Assembly (NCBI RefSeq): GCF_964355755.1
Contig: NC_092677.1
Coordinates: 14,406,101-14,470,100 of the forward strand
Direction: 5' to 3'
Source of the DNA: Antedon mediterranea
Taxonomy: Eukaryota; Animalia; Echinodermata
DNA length: 64,000 nt
In this document: piece by piece, positions 1 to 14,147 of the stretch
Numbering within the stretch: the stretch's first letter is position 1
Layout of the letters: every line of letters starts with the position of its first letter
Program-made: the position numbers and the translations under genes
Notes under the pieces: generated by a model
What the model saw: the letters and a program-made list of their open reading frames with translations, nothing else
What the model was told of the DNA's origin: nothing
Databases searched by the model: none

Positions 1-605
1 AATTAATTATCGGTTAATTTTTAGCTTCGGAAACACGGCCAAAAATAGAACTGAATGGTTATTAGGTAATTCGGTGGTTATTATTCTGTTCATTGGAACT
101 ATGGTGCATTTTTAGATGTTTTGTTAAATTGTTTAAATTATTATTATAAGATCTAGAAAATAGAATAAAAATATGCAATTGTATTTTTAACTGTTTCCGT
201 CCATTGGAAAGATATATAAGCCTATATATATATATTGGATATATTTTGTTAGAGTAATGCTATCGTCAGGACGTGTGTGCCAATAACTTTAATTATTTTT
301 TAAGGAGATTAGGAGGAAGGAAATTGTGAGATTGAATAACAGATTAAGTATTTTTATTTATTAATTAATTTAATTATTAATATTAAATAATAAGTATTGT
401 TAAATCAGAGAAGAATTTTATCAAAAACTGTTAAATATCTATGAATGTGACAGAAACGTATTCATTGTCTGCATTTTTGTGAAAGTAAATTTTTATATAC
501 AACACTACTATTGTTATCAGTAACACACAAGACATTTCACTTTATAAACGTTCACAAAATCAGAAGCAATAATTGTTATACTAAGTATATGGGTAATTAG
601 AGTTA

Positions 606-734
606 GGGCCAACTCAGACAGAGTCGTTCGACGAGGCTCGATTTGAGTTGTCTTGAGAACTCTAAACATGTTTAATTTTCTCCAGACGAGACGACTCGTT
701 GGGCCTCGTCGTAAGACCCTGTCAGAGTTGGCCG
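606..734. mobile_element. PIF/Harbinger-like MITE (~130 bp)
   Basis: TIR ggccaactcagaca / tgtcagagttggcc (1 mismatch), flanked by TTA/TAG; no coding capacity. Confidence 0.6.
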
Positions 735-1856
735 TAGAACAGAATATTTGTTTTTATATTATATATATATATATATTTAATGTGGTTTTTTCAGCGTTTT
801 ACTACAAAACATCTTATCTGATATAAGTTAATTTTAAGCAAATAATGAAAAGGTCAAGTAAAGTTATAGGCTAAAATTAATTTAACAATAGACTGTTCAT
901 TGTCTTTCTAAAATGAATATGTATAATATGTTATCGTCTTTTTAAAAATATTCTAATAAATTCATTTTCAAAATGTGTGGTAAATAACGATAAAGTATCT
1001 TTAATCTTTGATGTACTAAAACATTGCTTTTTAAGTAAAAATTAAATTTCATTTTAGGTCAGAATACATATTATCTAATTCATTCATTTTCATACTTTTC
1101 GTCAAACTTATATACAGTAGTATTTCTCGCTACTCAGTGGTCATGTTGGCATCCGGATCTCGGTACCAGTACTGTACTAAATTTCTACAGTTTAGGAATA
1201 CCATGGTAATACAGCATCACATGTGTGTTTCACATGCATTTTCTACCATAACCATTAACTTAACTTACATGATACAGACACCATGTGATACACATGCGTA
1301 ATGCTGTATCATCGAATATTCCGTTGACGGGTATACGGACTTTATGTGAAGATACAACGTCAAGAACCTGGTGATATGAGAGAGTGGTGTGTTGATAGAC
1401 ACACACCAAGAGAACTGTCTAGAGTAAATCAATTGTATTCATACAGAAAATAGAAATATTATAGTATCATGGTCTTCAACATACGAATAATAACATATTT
1501 AAAAACCCACTGTACGGGAGCTTCAAGCACCACAACATAACCAAAGCGCATGCGAATGAACACATGATTACGTTAAAACTTTATAATTTTATCGTAAGAG
1601 CAAGGTAAGAATAATATTGTGTAAAACAACCTGCCCAATTTAACACAATGTTAAGGCCAATCTACACAGACAAGCGGTAACGGTAAGTTTGTTTTTAAAT
1701 AATAAAATTTGATTACAAAATTGCATCGATTGGTACAGATTTTTTTATGAATAAATTAATACATATGATTGCTGATATCAATTTGATTGGTGCACGTGCT
1801 TACAATTGAGGGACTAGTGCTGTTCCGCCATACCATGGTTGAACTATAACATGAAA

Positions 1857-1916
1857 GCCCAAGTGGTCTATGGTTAGGACATCTGCATATCAAGCAGAAG
1901 GTCCGGGTTCGAATCT
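1857..1916 (+). mobile_element. tRNA-derived SINE head / tRNA pseudogene fragment
   Basis: A-box-like TGGTCTATGGTTAGG, anticodon arm TCTGC-atatcaa-GCAGA, B box GGTTCGAATC; 3' acceptor strand missing. Confidence 0.6.
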
Positions 1917-1929
1917 ATTTCTCATTGAA

Positions 1930-2320
1930 TTATTATGTAAATTAGGTTATATATGCAGATGTTTAGAACATTATGTACTTCCAGTACCCAAATAACGCAT
2001 GTCTATTAATATTATTATGTACAAATGGTTAATTTCTGCTGCCGATAACATTTCTAACAAGAAACATTTTACCACATAGATTTACCTCATTCAATTTTTA
2101 TATTAGGATATATATTCAGGTGTTTAGAACATTATGTAATTCTCCGTACCCAAATAACGTATTTCTGTTATTATTTACAAACGGTGTAGTGGTTAATTTC
2201 TGCTGCCGTATGACATTATTAAACACGTATAATGTTAGCAACGATTTCCACGTGGATTACCTCATTAAACTTTTATGATGCAAATTATGTTATAATGTAT
2301 ATGTTTAGAAAATGTTTAAT
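1930..2320. repeat. Diverged tandem duplication, unit ~160-180 bp, ~2.3 copies
   Basis: Recurrent blocks gtttagaacattatgta, gtacccaaataacg, tggttaatttctgctgccg and ttacctcatt. Confidence 0.7.
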
Positions 2321-3737
2321 TCCTTCCTACTTAAACTTGTCATTGGCCAACTCGCTTACGGTGCGCTTACGTTCTCGTGTTACGTCATAGTGTGAACCAA
2401 GCTTTACGACATTCCTTAAGCAGTTACACTACCTACTGGACATGCGCAGAGAGGAATAGTATTATGATACAGATACCAGCCTCACTCTAGTATGTCGTGA
2501 AATACGTGGATTTTACTACCGTTACACACACTGAAATTGGCGTCGTATGCCTACATCTTTTGGATTAATATTGAAGAATACAAATTAAAAGAAGAATGCA
2601 AGTCTAAAGATAAGGACATTAACTGGCGTAATGGTTTATTGATATACCACACGAAGGTACGGTAGGTGTTCAATTCATAGTTCTCTGTCATATAAAAACC
2701 ACTTGCAGCTGCAACGCATTGGCTTGTATGTAGGTAGACCAAGTCATCGTGTACACTACGTGAAACATTGTTTTTATTATCAAGGTAAAAATTCTATACT
2801 ACGGTTACTACACAGATACTGTTTATAAACGTCTACTTCTTAACATTCGTGTCGTCTATAGCCTATTTACCATACGTGTTTTGTCCGTTCAAAATACCCT
2901 CACTGAACGTTTTTCAGCGATAATTAGTGCACGAATTCTCTCAGCAAATCACGACCAATATATTTTTAAAATGTAAATAACTATATTTACAATCGCAGTT
3001 ATTAGTCAATAAATAAATGTAATGTAACTCAAGTGTATAGTTCTACTAAAATATTGTACTATTTATTCATTGTATATATCAACACTGCACAAGATATGAT
3101 ATAGAATGATTATTTCCTCATTAAATAGAAGAGATTTTACAATTAAACAAATATTTAAAAAAATGTATTAACAATATTAAACATCAGGTGGTTAAAATCA
3201 GTATCGAAAGTATATATATAGATAATACGATTAATTTTTTGTTTGATATACTATTTATTCAGGCTTAGGCCTATATAGCGTATAACGCATTTAGGTAAAT
3301 ATCTCAATGTGCATAACAGAAACATAATATGCCAGAACATTAAGAAACTATAAAAATTAACCTTTAAAGTGGAGGTCTAAAAATAGTATGTTTCAGATAT
3401 AATATGTCTGAACGATAAAGATGAGGATAATAATAAAAATGAGGAAACACATTTAAAAAAAATACATCTCTAAATAAAAACATTAAACATAATTTATACA
3501 GTAAAAGATTGATGTGAAACAATATTAATTAAATTACATAGTGGTTGGATGGAATTACATGTTCCTATGCTATACCACGGCGTTAGGCATAATAGGATTT
3601 TTCCAGCATACGGTTGACAGTGCATACAGTTCAGCATACTTTTGAAATAACTTTATTATATACGATAAAGTTCCCTCGTAATCAAATAATGGATTACCCT
3701 TTTTTTTGGCATGTTATTGGAATGTAAAGAAAACCAC

Positions 3738-6700
3738 TTAGAAACATGGTTTTGTTCGAAGTCTTAAAGCACCGGATCGATTTAGTTTCATCAACAGTTT
3801 GAACTCCTTTGGAAGATCGTGACCCATGTCAAATTCGTCAATAAAAAACTTTTCGTAATAGTGATAACGTGTTGGATTTCCATTTGGTAACTTACTATAT
3901 GGATAAAAGCCGTAAAGAGAGATTGTCTTACACAGTGGAGCAGCAATTGAATATAGAAATAGGCCAGACGAAGGATGTTCTGTGATGTCCCAAAATCTGT
4001 AGAAAAAAGAGTACTATTGATTGAATAATTGAAATTATTTGTAAAGGTTTGATTTGATGTCATTTGATTACCGAAGACAGTGTAAATGGTTATCGTATGA
4101 TATTAGGATGAAACTTTCTAATTTCTGTTGTTTTCTGTAGGAAATATATCTATCTCTATATCGTCGTTTATTATCGCCATAGTGTAAACATGTCTTTAAA
4201 TAAACAAGCATGAACTGTCTTTCACGTGTATGAATTGAACGAGAATGAATTATTAGAGATCACTTACTTCATTAATTCTTCACTTAGCGGCTCCGATGGA
4301 TGCGTTATTGTTGAATTAAAATGTTTACCTATAAGACTTGTAAACTTCTGATTTAAGCTTCCATATTTTGAGAACCAAATAATTGATTTATCAATAGTTT
4401 TCATACTGTTGTATATCCTCCGGCATGAATCATTGTACTTTTTAATACATTTTAATAGAGTTTTTGTACCTTCGCCGTTCAATGTCATAAAGTCAACTTT
4501 TGAGCCAACATCTTCTTCAAAACCATCAATAGGGGCCATGTTTGATCGCATTACAAAGTCATGGGCGTCTATCTCTGGTCCGCAGTAACTTCTATCTAGA
4601 ATACCGCCATTTCCAATGACAGCACAAGACTCAAACGGTGTATGCATTTTGCTTTCTAGCTTCCGCTTGCGTTCCTCTGTCTGTTCTTCTGTATCATTTA
4701 AGATTAGTGTAGTTACTGTTCTTTCAAATGATAGCCCACTTTTGACCAGGTTTTCTCTGTATTAATTTAAAAAAGAAACACAATTTAGGTAACACTGAAA
4801 TTCGTAAACGTCTGATATCTTTCTCTCCTTTTTTCAATCTTTACTTTTCGGATACTAGAAAATTATTTCTTTAAGCAGTGTTCGCTGTTATAACTTATTT
4901 TATAACACTTAAAATTGATCCTTACCATTTAATTGGCGAATTGCGTACGTACCGTGCATTATTTCAGTTTTTCAATATTTTGAAAGATGTTGCTTTTACG
5001 TAAAAACTCATAAATGTGTATTTTCCTGAATATTTATGTATTATGTATCTTTGACATCCAGCCACTGAATTTCATTTTCCGTAAGTTGTCTTCATTTATA
5101 TTTTTATATTTTAAACATTGTTTAATTCAACTTTGTGCTGCACTTATGATATTGTTAATAGCCTTCAATATATTAAAAAATACTCAATGTACAGTTATTG
5201 ATATGCTTACCGAATATGAGTCAAGTGATCTTGGTTGATGTGCTTGTTTAGAGATTTCTGGAGATTAAATTTTATTACATTTGCTGGAGGATAGTTCTTC
5301 ACATCTCTAAGATACACAAAAACAAAATAAGTCACCAATTAAAGATAATGTGTACTATCATTTGGATATTCAAGTTCTATTCAGTTCTGGTATGAATGTC
5401 CTTTGCATTGGGTTACTGGTGCGTATCCGACAATCATAAGAATCCACTTAGGCCTGGCTCCTATAGCCTATAGCAAACAACCCACCAGTTGGCCTAGTGA
5501 AAATATCTTCACTAAAAATGCTTGCTAAAGTCATTTCATTGACATCTCAAAGTTCAACGAATCTCTAGTAACCAAGAAAAACTACTTGATGATGATGGTG
5601 GTTTGTTGGGAGGCTCCCACCTGAGATCATAGTCTGTGGATTATACCATTTGTGGAGAAGGGTATTCAATGAAAATTTCTACTTTTCGTGGTATATTTCG
5701 CTCTTCGAGGAGAAAGGCTATTGTCGGTTTATCCAGGTAAGCTAGGTAAGAAATAGACTACCAACACCACTGTTGGTTTATGTAATTTCTAAGTTTGTAC
5801 ACTATATGCTATGCTCAATATTTTATCTCTTTCTTTTTTATTTATTTTATTGTTTGTTTTATACAGTATTTCATTGTATGTATTATGCATATACTTGTAT
5901 TGTTGGGGAGACTACAGGTATTGCTTCTAGTGCGGGCCTCAGTTATTGTTAAATAACTGAATAAATGTGTATGAATGAATATACATGTGAATGCTCTGTT
6001 GGATTTTTTTACACAAACACATAAAAACTTTTATAATGTATATAATAACTCACCTTGGTGGACCTTCATGCGGATCTAATTCAAAATTTCTTAACCCGTC
6101 TGACAAACTAAAAATATGAAAAGATTGTATATTCAATTCAATTTCTTTTTACTTCGGAAATATCATCCATATTACTAAACTTATAAACAGAAAAAGAAAA
6201 ATCGTAAACTCTAAACTTAAGTATATTGATCTTCTAATATCATATTCAATTAGTGTCAAAGTTCAAACTCATATCTACCATTGTTGGGAGAATATTTTTA
6301 GACAGACTTCATCAATTGCATTAAGTGCATCGATGAGTAATGGGAAAACAGATAAATTGTCCCTCTGAAAAAAATGATTTTCCCCAGTTTTGCCATTTTG
6401 ATGTTCCATAATATAGTTATTTCACTTCGAAACTAACTTATTTACCTGAAAAAAACTGTAATTTAAAGCAAAACAAAATGTCAGATGCCAGCCAACAAGG
6501 TTTCTGGTTGAATTTAACCGTTTGTTTTGTCATTTTATAAGTGAAAACATCTTCTTTTTCCGCAGAAGTGATTAACTTTATTAAAAGTACAAAGTGGCCC
6601 TTATTTTTGTGGAACAATACATCTTTAATGTTGATTATTACACCATGCCTTTGAAACTAATCATATTCATGATGTAGGCCTATTTAATATTAAATTTGAA

Positions 6701-9700
6701 AGATAGCTTTAGACTCAATGGTAGTTATGATGCTTTATATATTGTCTTTGTATGCATATTTGCATGTTTCAACCAATCACAATTTCATATTTGCATGTTT
6801 CAACCAATCACAATTTCATATTTGCATGTTTCAACCAATCACAATTTCATATTTGCATGTTTCAACCAATCATAATTTCATATTTGCATGTTTCAACCAA
6901 TCACAATTTCATATTTGCATGTTTCAACCAATCACAATTTCATATTTGCATGTTTCAACCAATCATAATTTCGTATTTGCATGTTTCAACCAATCACAAT
7001 TTCATTTTTACCATGTTGTTTAAATGACAATTATCATATCGTATCATACATTATAATTATGTCTCCATTGCATAGAAGGTGTCTTATTTGAAGGCTATAT
7101 TAGGTATTATTAGTTTCAGATTGTAAGTGTACTTACTCTAGTTTCTTTTTATGTTGTTCTTTTTTAGGTTGTTCTTTTTTAGGTTGTTCTTTTATAGGTT
7201 GTTCTTTTTTAGGTTGTTCTTTTGGTGGCTGTCTATGAATATGGTCTCTGTAAACAAAATGAAATGAAAGCATTTTAATAAATATTAAATAACTTAAAAC
7301 CAGTACTGTACCAATTTTAACACATCGCTTAATGGTCTTTCACATCTGTTCGGGCAAGGTTCTGGTCCGGTGTCAAAAAATAAAAACAATGTTTCGTTTT
7401 CACGAGGCTACGCACATATCGATTGGTTCATAGCCGCGTGAAGCGTCCTGAAAACTGAACATTGACATTGAAAATAATGATTTTCATAACTAAAATATGA
7501 TAATGACGATAGAATTATGCAAAACTTACTTTAATTGCACTGTTTCAACTATTGGCTTAAATTGTAGCATTCCAGGACTAAAATAAAATAAATTAAATGA
7601 AACGATTATGTGTTGGACATTATTTTATTAAAACAATGTATTGTAATTCAGTAAGACGATACAACTTACCCACTATCATTTTGTTCTTCCATTGAAGTCA
7701 ATTTGGAGGAGATTCTGTTTAAAGCATTCCTGGAAAAATATAATAAATTCGTTGGATTAAAACCTTAATTAAACTAAAAAAAATATATATTACTATTTTG
7801 TTTACCAAGTTACCTCCTATACGTAGATTCACAAATGATACCACCCATCCTAACCCAACGGTACAAGTGTGTGATACACACAAAAAATCAATAATTGCAA
7901 CCCAATGTTTAAGTAAATTCTATTTTGATTAGGCAAATCCACTTCACAATTTTTATTCATGTTGCCAAGTATTATTTTTTAGTGATACAGAGTAATACAT
8001 ACTGTTTCATTCCTTTCATCCATTTTGTCTTGATGAAAGGGGGAGGGGGGGGGGGTCGGGGAAGATATATTTAGTTATTACCAACGCAACAATTTTAAAC
8101 AATTTTAATCGCTTTTAATATGTTTTCATCTTAAATTGATTTATTTAAAACATTGTTGATATGTCCCTATTATGTATATAAATGTATTTTATTCCCATGC
8201 ATATTATACTATGTGAACACTACTACAAAGAGTAAGGTAAAGTATTGTATGCATATTAAGTATAAATTGTATTACAATAAAAGTGGGACTAACCCACGAA
8301 AGAAAACAAATATAATACTGTACCTACCTTGATATTTGTTCTCTACTTCCTACTAAGTCTGGAAGATCTCGTAATTCTATACCATTTCTATACGTTGACA
8401 AATAACACAGTTAATTATGTAAACATCGAATGCTTTTTTAGTGTACATTAAGAGAAAGTAGTGTAAGAGAAAGTTATATTGTCCCCCTGAAAAAATAAAT
8501 TATTTTTATTTAAGTATATCGTGTAAGATTTAAATACAAACAAGGTTAAATCTACATAGGCCTAAACATTAAAATTAAAGGTCATACATGGTTGAAGTTA
8601 GGCCTACAGTACTATACCCTTAAGTAATATAACATTTTTGACCAATAAATTTATTAAAAATATTTTGCTTGTTACTTGTCAGTAAATTGAAAGTCAGTCC
8701 GTCAGTCAATCGTCGTTTACAGACGTGTGCATTGCCGTAATATAATGCATTTTTTAATACCCTGTTGTTTCTAATCTCAAAACTTAGGTGGGTCTTCAAT
8801 GTTATTTTTTCCGGTGATAAAGGGCCTACATATTAAATGTAAATTGTAAAATACATACCTGATTTTTTTATATAATAACTCGTCATCTTGTAAAAGTTTG
8901 GATAATAATTTTCTGTTGATAAATTAAAGTTGTTTATAAATACTTACTAGCACTAGAAACATAATTTGGCAACTACCCTACTATGCAATCAACTTTCCCA
9001 ATAACCGATTCTTCTTGAGATCCAAAAGGTTCCAAATTATTTGTTACCATTAAAAACACATCCGGAATAGCAAATACCCCTAAACAATTATCACTACAAA
9101 TCACGTCCTCGCCATGAATCATGGGATATTTTTTGTTCTATCTGATGCGTAGTTATAATTTATTTTTTGAATTATTGTACATACTATTATTTTTTGTGAT
9201 TTGATGAATAAATGTACTTGTAATATCCTACTTGAGTCCGTTTTTTCTTACAAAATAAGTATTGTTGATTAAAGTTTGCGGTACACACGTGTATAATAAT
9301 AATAATAATTTATTTGGAGAATACACTTTTACAACAGTGGCACTCGACCAAATGGAAGGTGCATCCAAGAGAAATATACAAAAAAAAAACATGATATAGA
9401 AAATAACAATTACAATAAAAAGTCGACGTAGGTCAACATGTCAAAACAATTCAACTACAGTAACAACAATACCATTGAACTGACACCTAAAAATACAAAA
9501 TTACAAGAAATAAACATATAGAATAGGTAGGAACTGTACAATATAAATTGAATTGGGCAACAACAATGTAGACCTAACACTATAATGAGATAGATATCAA
9601 TCATTTAGTGAGATAGATATCAATCATTTAGTTTGATTGATATGAATATTATCGCCTAGAACAATACATCTGTGTGCCCAAGCTCTTTTAACATAGTGCT

Positions 9701-11176
9701 TACAGTAACAATCAAAGATATTTGATATGGAATCGACGTCATACATATAATGATATATAATATAATAGTTCTGAAAAGACTGTTGAGTATCTGACGTTTC
9801 GATCAATAGGCCTACTTTGATCGTTCTCACTCGATCCAGATTATATATACGTGGTGTACCGCAAACTTCATATCAACATATTGATTTCATGCAACCCTTA
9901 AACAACAAATAAGTATAAATGTTTTTCAGTTGGTTTCAAGAGGATCAAATCGTTGGGTTAACGGAATTATAAGCATTAGTATCAGTATTATATATAAAAT
10001 TAGTAGTAGTCAATTTGTAATATGTAAATGTTTTGGGCACGGGATAACCATATTCCGTTCCCTGTGAACGTAAGCTTAACAATGATACTGTGAACTTTTG
10101 TTTGGATGGCCTCGAGTAATTTAGTTTGGTTGGGTGCGGGCGTCTGATGTCATCATGCTGACTGAATAGAAGTGCGTAATACCATAATTAATTGTTTCAT
10201 TCAATCATACACAAACAAAGAAAATTCTATGAATAGAAAACCACAGATATACGCCGGTAGTAAAGCTGATTTAGAAAGACACACTGGGCATAGTGACAAG
10301 TCAGAAAAGTTTAATGTGAAACCTAGACCTACTTAAATAGAAATACAATTATCTTCCACAATCATACGTTATCAATCAATCAATCAATTCAATCAATTTC
10401 TTTTTATTTCGGAAATACCATCCATATTAATAAACGTATAAGCATAAAAAAAATTCGTAAACTCTAAACTTAAGTATATAGAATGCTTCTCCATCATCAT
10501 TTTATCTTTACACGACGAATATACCAGATTATCAGTACTGTATCTCCGCCTACTACAATATTTGCCCAGTATTATAGGAAAATTAGGCGATACAGCATTT
10601 CATTTGTATCACATGGCTGTTAATTAAGGTTAAGAGTTAGGTTATGGAATGTGATACTAGAAATACATGTGGTGTTGTATTACCGAATATTCCTTGATAC
10701 TACTGAGCAAATCTAGATACAGTACCGAGAGTTGGTTGACATTATAAATAATCTAATATTTAACCATGGAGGTAAAACAAAATGATATGCCCATATATGG
10801 ACATGATGATGTCATATCACTACTATATTTGGGAATATCACTACCATAATTAAGCACAACTATTTGTTTTGTCTGTTTGTAAAATATGACAATAACAGAA
10901 TTCATAATTGTTTCCCAGTGCATACATACATACGTTGCTATAACTATAACATGCAAGATGATAGTTAAATAAATTTGAATTTAATACTCACTGTTGATCA
11001 AACTGGTTTCCATTTGTCATAGAGTTGATAAGCGCGTAAGTTTTCAGAATAACCTGTTCATTGCAGTCTCTATTATGCATATTGATAATCATTCCTAATA
11101 TTACCAACGTACTCGAGAACACGAGTAGTAAATATATTCCTATCCACTTTGTTTGTATTGATGACCGTCTAACCAT
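3738..11176 (-). CDS. Alpha-2,8-sialyltransferase-like protein (GT29, ST8Sia-like), paralog A, ~471 aa
   Basis: GT-AG exons, all joined in phase 2: 11176-10992, 8912-8859, 8387-8328, 7729-7670, 7577-7530, 7247-7137, 6107-6054, 5306-5211, 4756-4268, 3996-3738 (1416 nt, open). N-terminal signal anchor [21 protein letters not shown]; sialylmotif [30 protein letters not shown]; motif [26 protein letters not shown]; motif III YHYYE; VS HDLPKE; C-terminal Cys (TKPCF*). The small stem exons are less certain than the catalytic exons. Confidence 0.9.
6351..6628. mobile_element. Kolobok-like non-autonomous element, degenerate copy
   Basis: Ends gataaattgtccc ... ggaacaatacatct-TTAA; interior similar to 12554-12794. 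Confidence 0.6.
6756..7005. repeat. Intronic minisatellite, 31-bp unit x8
   Basis: Unit catatttgcatgtttcaaccaatcacaattt, nearly perfect; explains ORFs 6718..7023 and 6752..7027. Confidence 0.95.
7150..7225 (-). repeat. Coding 15-bp repeat x5 (KEQPK) in a sialyltransferase stem exon
   Basis: AAAGAACAACCTAAA units in frame in exon 7247-7137. Confidence 0.8.
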
Positions 11177-11297
11177 TGTCTGTATCAAAGAATAAAACAT
11201 TAAACATTAATAAACATTATTATTCATTTATTTAATGATGGCCTAGTGTGTCGCACACAATCGAACAAAATCTACAATAATGAACAAAATCACTTAA

Positions 11298-11430
11298 GCT
11301 CTGTCTACACTATCAAACTAGTTTGACAAGAAAAGTATGATGTGCCCAAATTTGGTAGTGATATGCTTAGATATGGTAGTGATATGACATCATTATGTAT
11401 CATATATCATGGGAACATCACACGTATCAC
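11298..11430. mobile_element. MITE fragment (agctctgtctacactatcaaac family)
   Basis: Same left TIR and interior as full copies at 38969-39126 and 52205-52345; other fragments near 10780-10850, 12205-12260 and 47848-47870. Confidence 0.7.
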
Positions 11431-12553
11431 TTTAGATACGACGGCACGATGTTTTAACATTTGAAATTCTGTCGAAATATGACGTAAAAAGATTTTTTTT
11501 TTTGTATAATACTAGTATTGGTAATGTTGAAAATATTAATTCAAGTTAGGTTATGTCTTCAATTAATTAGTTCACAGAATATGACTTCTGTGTTGTAGTT
11601 TTATTGTGTCTTTATATACAGTAAAATTAAATAAATGAAATACTTGGCCTACAAAGATTCGTAATACTGTATTGTACACACATAGAACTACAATGATTCC
11701 TGAAACCATATACTGGCCACAAACAAACAAATATTTATTTACCAAGATAAATAAATGAAGCTATTTAATGGTATTTAAGGTATTTAAGTCTTTTTAGCAC
11801 AGAACTATAGATTTGTATTGAAACAAAAAGTGTATAAAATGTATCAAGTAGCAACCCCCATGAGGATAACAACTCCTAACAAGTCAATCTAACAAAAGGA
11901 CACCGAGCTCGCCTTGCCAAGATCTTTTGATTTTATGTCTGGCTGCGACAAATACCAACAGTACATATTCTCCAGCGAGGATCGTATCCCAGTCACAGTT
12001 AAACAGATCTCCGGAGATCGGCAGGCCGTTGTTAGATTGCGTTGCCTTGGTCAAACCATTGAGACAACCCCACTAATGCTTTGTCTATTTCCAAGTGTTT
12101 AGCCATACTTACCACTGTTTTTGGTTCATGTACATGCTCAGTAGAAAATGTATACTACACGTTTAAGTATGCCTTTTTATAAAGCCCTGCAAGGAGAAAA
12201 ACACGTAGTGATATGACCGTGGGTACATCACATTTTTTATCACATAAGGTTTGGTAGTTTGGTACTTTAGCCTCTAATAAGACATTTTAATAAAATTATA
12301 ATTGCACCAATATTGAATTTAAACATTACTCTAATATTCCTTGGAAAAGGAATTGCAAAGAGCATTTGCCAACTAGTATTACTTGCTATTATTATATAAC
12401 AGTATTTAAGATTGTTTGCACGATAGCTTCAACAATTCCCAAGTAATCGTCCTGAATTCTGTATTTAGAATATATCAGATATACCAACAGACCTTGCCTA
12501 TTGATTTTTTAAAGAAAAATCGATATATTGGTTACGTCATAAAATCTTATTAA

Positions 12554-12794
12554 AGATGTATTGTCCCCTGAAAAAATAGTTAAATGTTTTTGTTGAATAT
12601 TCCATTTTAATATTCACTTTAAATTGAAAGAAAAAAAAAAGGTAAAATCGACTGGTTGATTTTAACCGTTTATTTTGTCATTTTATAAGTGAAACATTAT
12701 TTTATTTTTTTTTTCTACAGAAGTTATTAACTTTATTAAAACGGCGAAATGGCCCTATTTTTTTTTTTCATTGTTTTTAGGGGACAATACATCT
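12554..12794. mobile_element. Kolobok-like non-autonomous DNA transposon
   Basis: TTAA TSD on both sides; TIR agatgtattgtcccc / ggggacaatacatct; 5'-RR terminus. Confidence 0.8.
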
Positions 12795-14147
12795 TTAACA
12801 TCTCGAGTTATTTTATCTTCAATATGTAACTAAATGTTAATTAACACGCCCTCTGTCGGTCGTCAAATTTTGGCAAGTTTTATAATTTTGGTTAATGATG
12901 CATTCCTTAGCCTTTGGTTCACACATCTCATCCCTTCTATTGTTCTTAGCCTTTTATAAGGCCTACCTCTAATCCTACGTCACAAACCATTTCACACCTT
13001 TTCAAAGCAGACGCATTATCTCTTTATGTTTTGTAATTATAATCACAGTAGAAGAACTTTAAGTAGCTGTCTATATCATAAGTTGACATTTGCATTTCTT
13101 CTACTCTCTATTTATTCTTTATATTATTTAAAAAACTAAAATGTAAAAATAAAATATATAGTCTAGAATGTACAATCAAAGGAAATGAACCCCGATCAAA
13201 GTATTGATATTAACGTAAATTCTTTGATTACCTGACACGTCTGGGCTGACAGTAATAATGTCTATCTTATCATCAGGTTGTTCCCAATATTGCTTTTATT
13301 GAATTTTGACCTTTCTTGGCCTGAAAAGGTATGTTTTAGAAGAGTTTTGGGGTTTTGGGGATAGTTCGATATTGAGAGAGTTGACTTAATAATAAGAATA
13401 TTAATTCGTTTACCCATGTGCGTTACGGTACACCAGAATATAAGCCCTACTTATACACACACAACATAGTTAGGTCCAAAAGTGGAATAATCATACTATT
13501 TCTAGTTGTATCCCGATAATAATGTAATCTAGTATTTACTGTTAAACTAACCTTTTATAATACTGATCTAATGTAAATTGACAGCCGTTTCTTTGTACCG
13601 TATCTGACTGTAGTTGTATAGTCTTATCCTATTATTCAACAGAGATTATTACTATAAAATATAACCTAATGTTTTCTTAAAACTACTGTTACATTACCTT
13701 TATTATAGTAACTTGCCAGTAAGGTCTGTTCTAGTAGAAATTGTTTCAACCTCTAGGTAAAAGCTAGGTTATCCCTTCAAACTGTTAACTGTAAAAATGT
13801 AACATTCCACTGTGTATAACTGTACTTCAGACGAACACAAATTCTTACCAGCCATTGTCAAGTGAATGAGGTTTCGGTACAAATTCGTTCTATATAAAAG
13901 GCAAGCAATCGTTTACAGTTTACAGTATATTGTTTGATGAATGGTTCCACATGGGTAATTTTCAAAGAAAGCATTATTCTGTATGAAGCAATCAAACACG
14001 CGACCTGTAATAGTAGGCATGTTAAGGTGCATATTTTAGGCAAATCCTTCAAATTGTGATAATATTTTGAAACTTTGCACAGTTATTCATTAGGGTGTCA
14101 AAAACATGAAATGGAAGGGTTGCACAAAATTTGGTCAGGGAAAAGCC

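Noticed and set aside
3791-4063. 90-aa ORF / apparent frameshift in the last sialyltransferase exon
   Set aside because: Wrong frame; the spliced frame from 3996 runs intact through motifs S, III and VS to TAA at 3738.
6718-7027. ORFs of 101 and 91 aa
   Set aside because: Stop-free 31-bp minisatellite on the antisense strand of an intron.
8948-9142. Possible additional exon of sialyltransferase A (AG...GTAAGT)
   Set aside because: Stops in all three frames; cannot be supported as coding.
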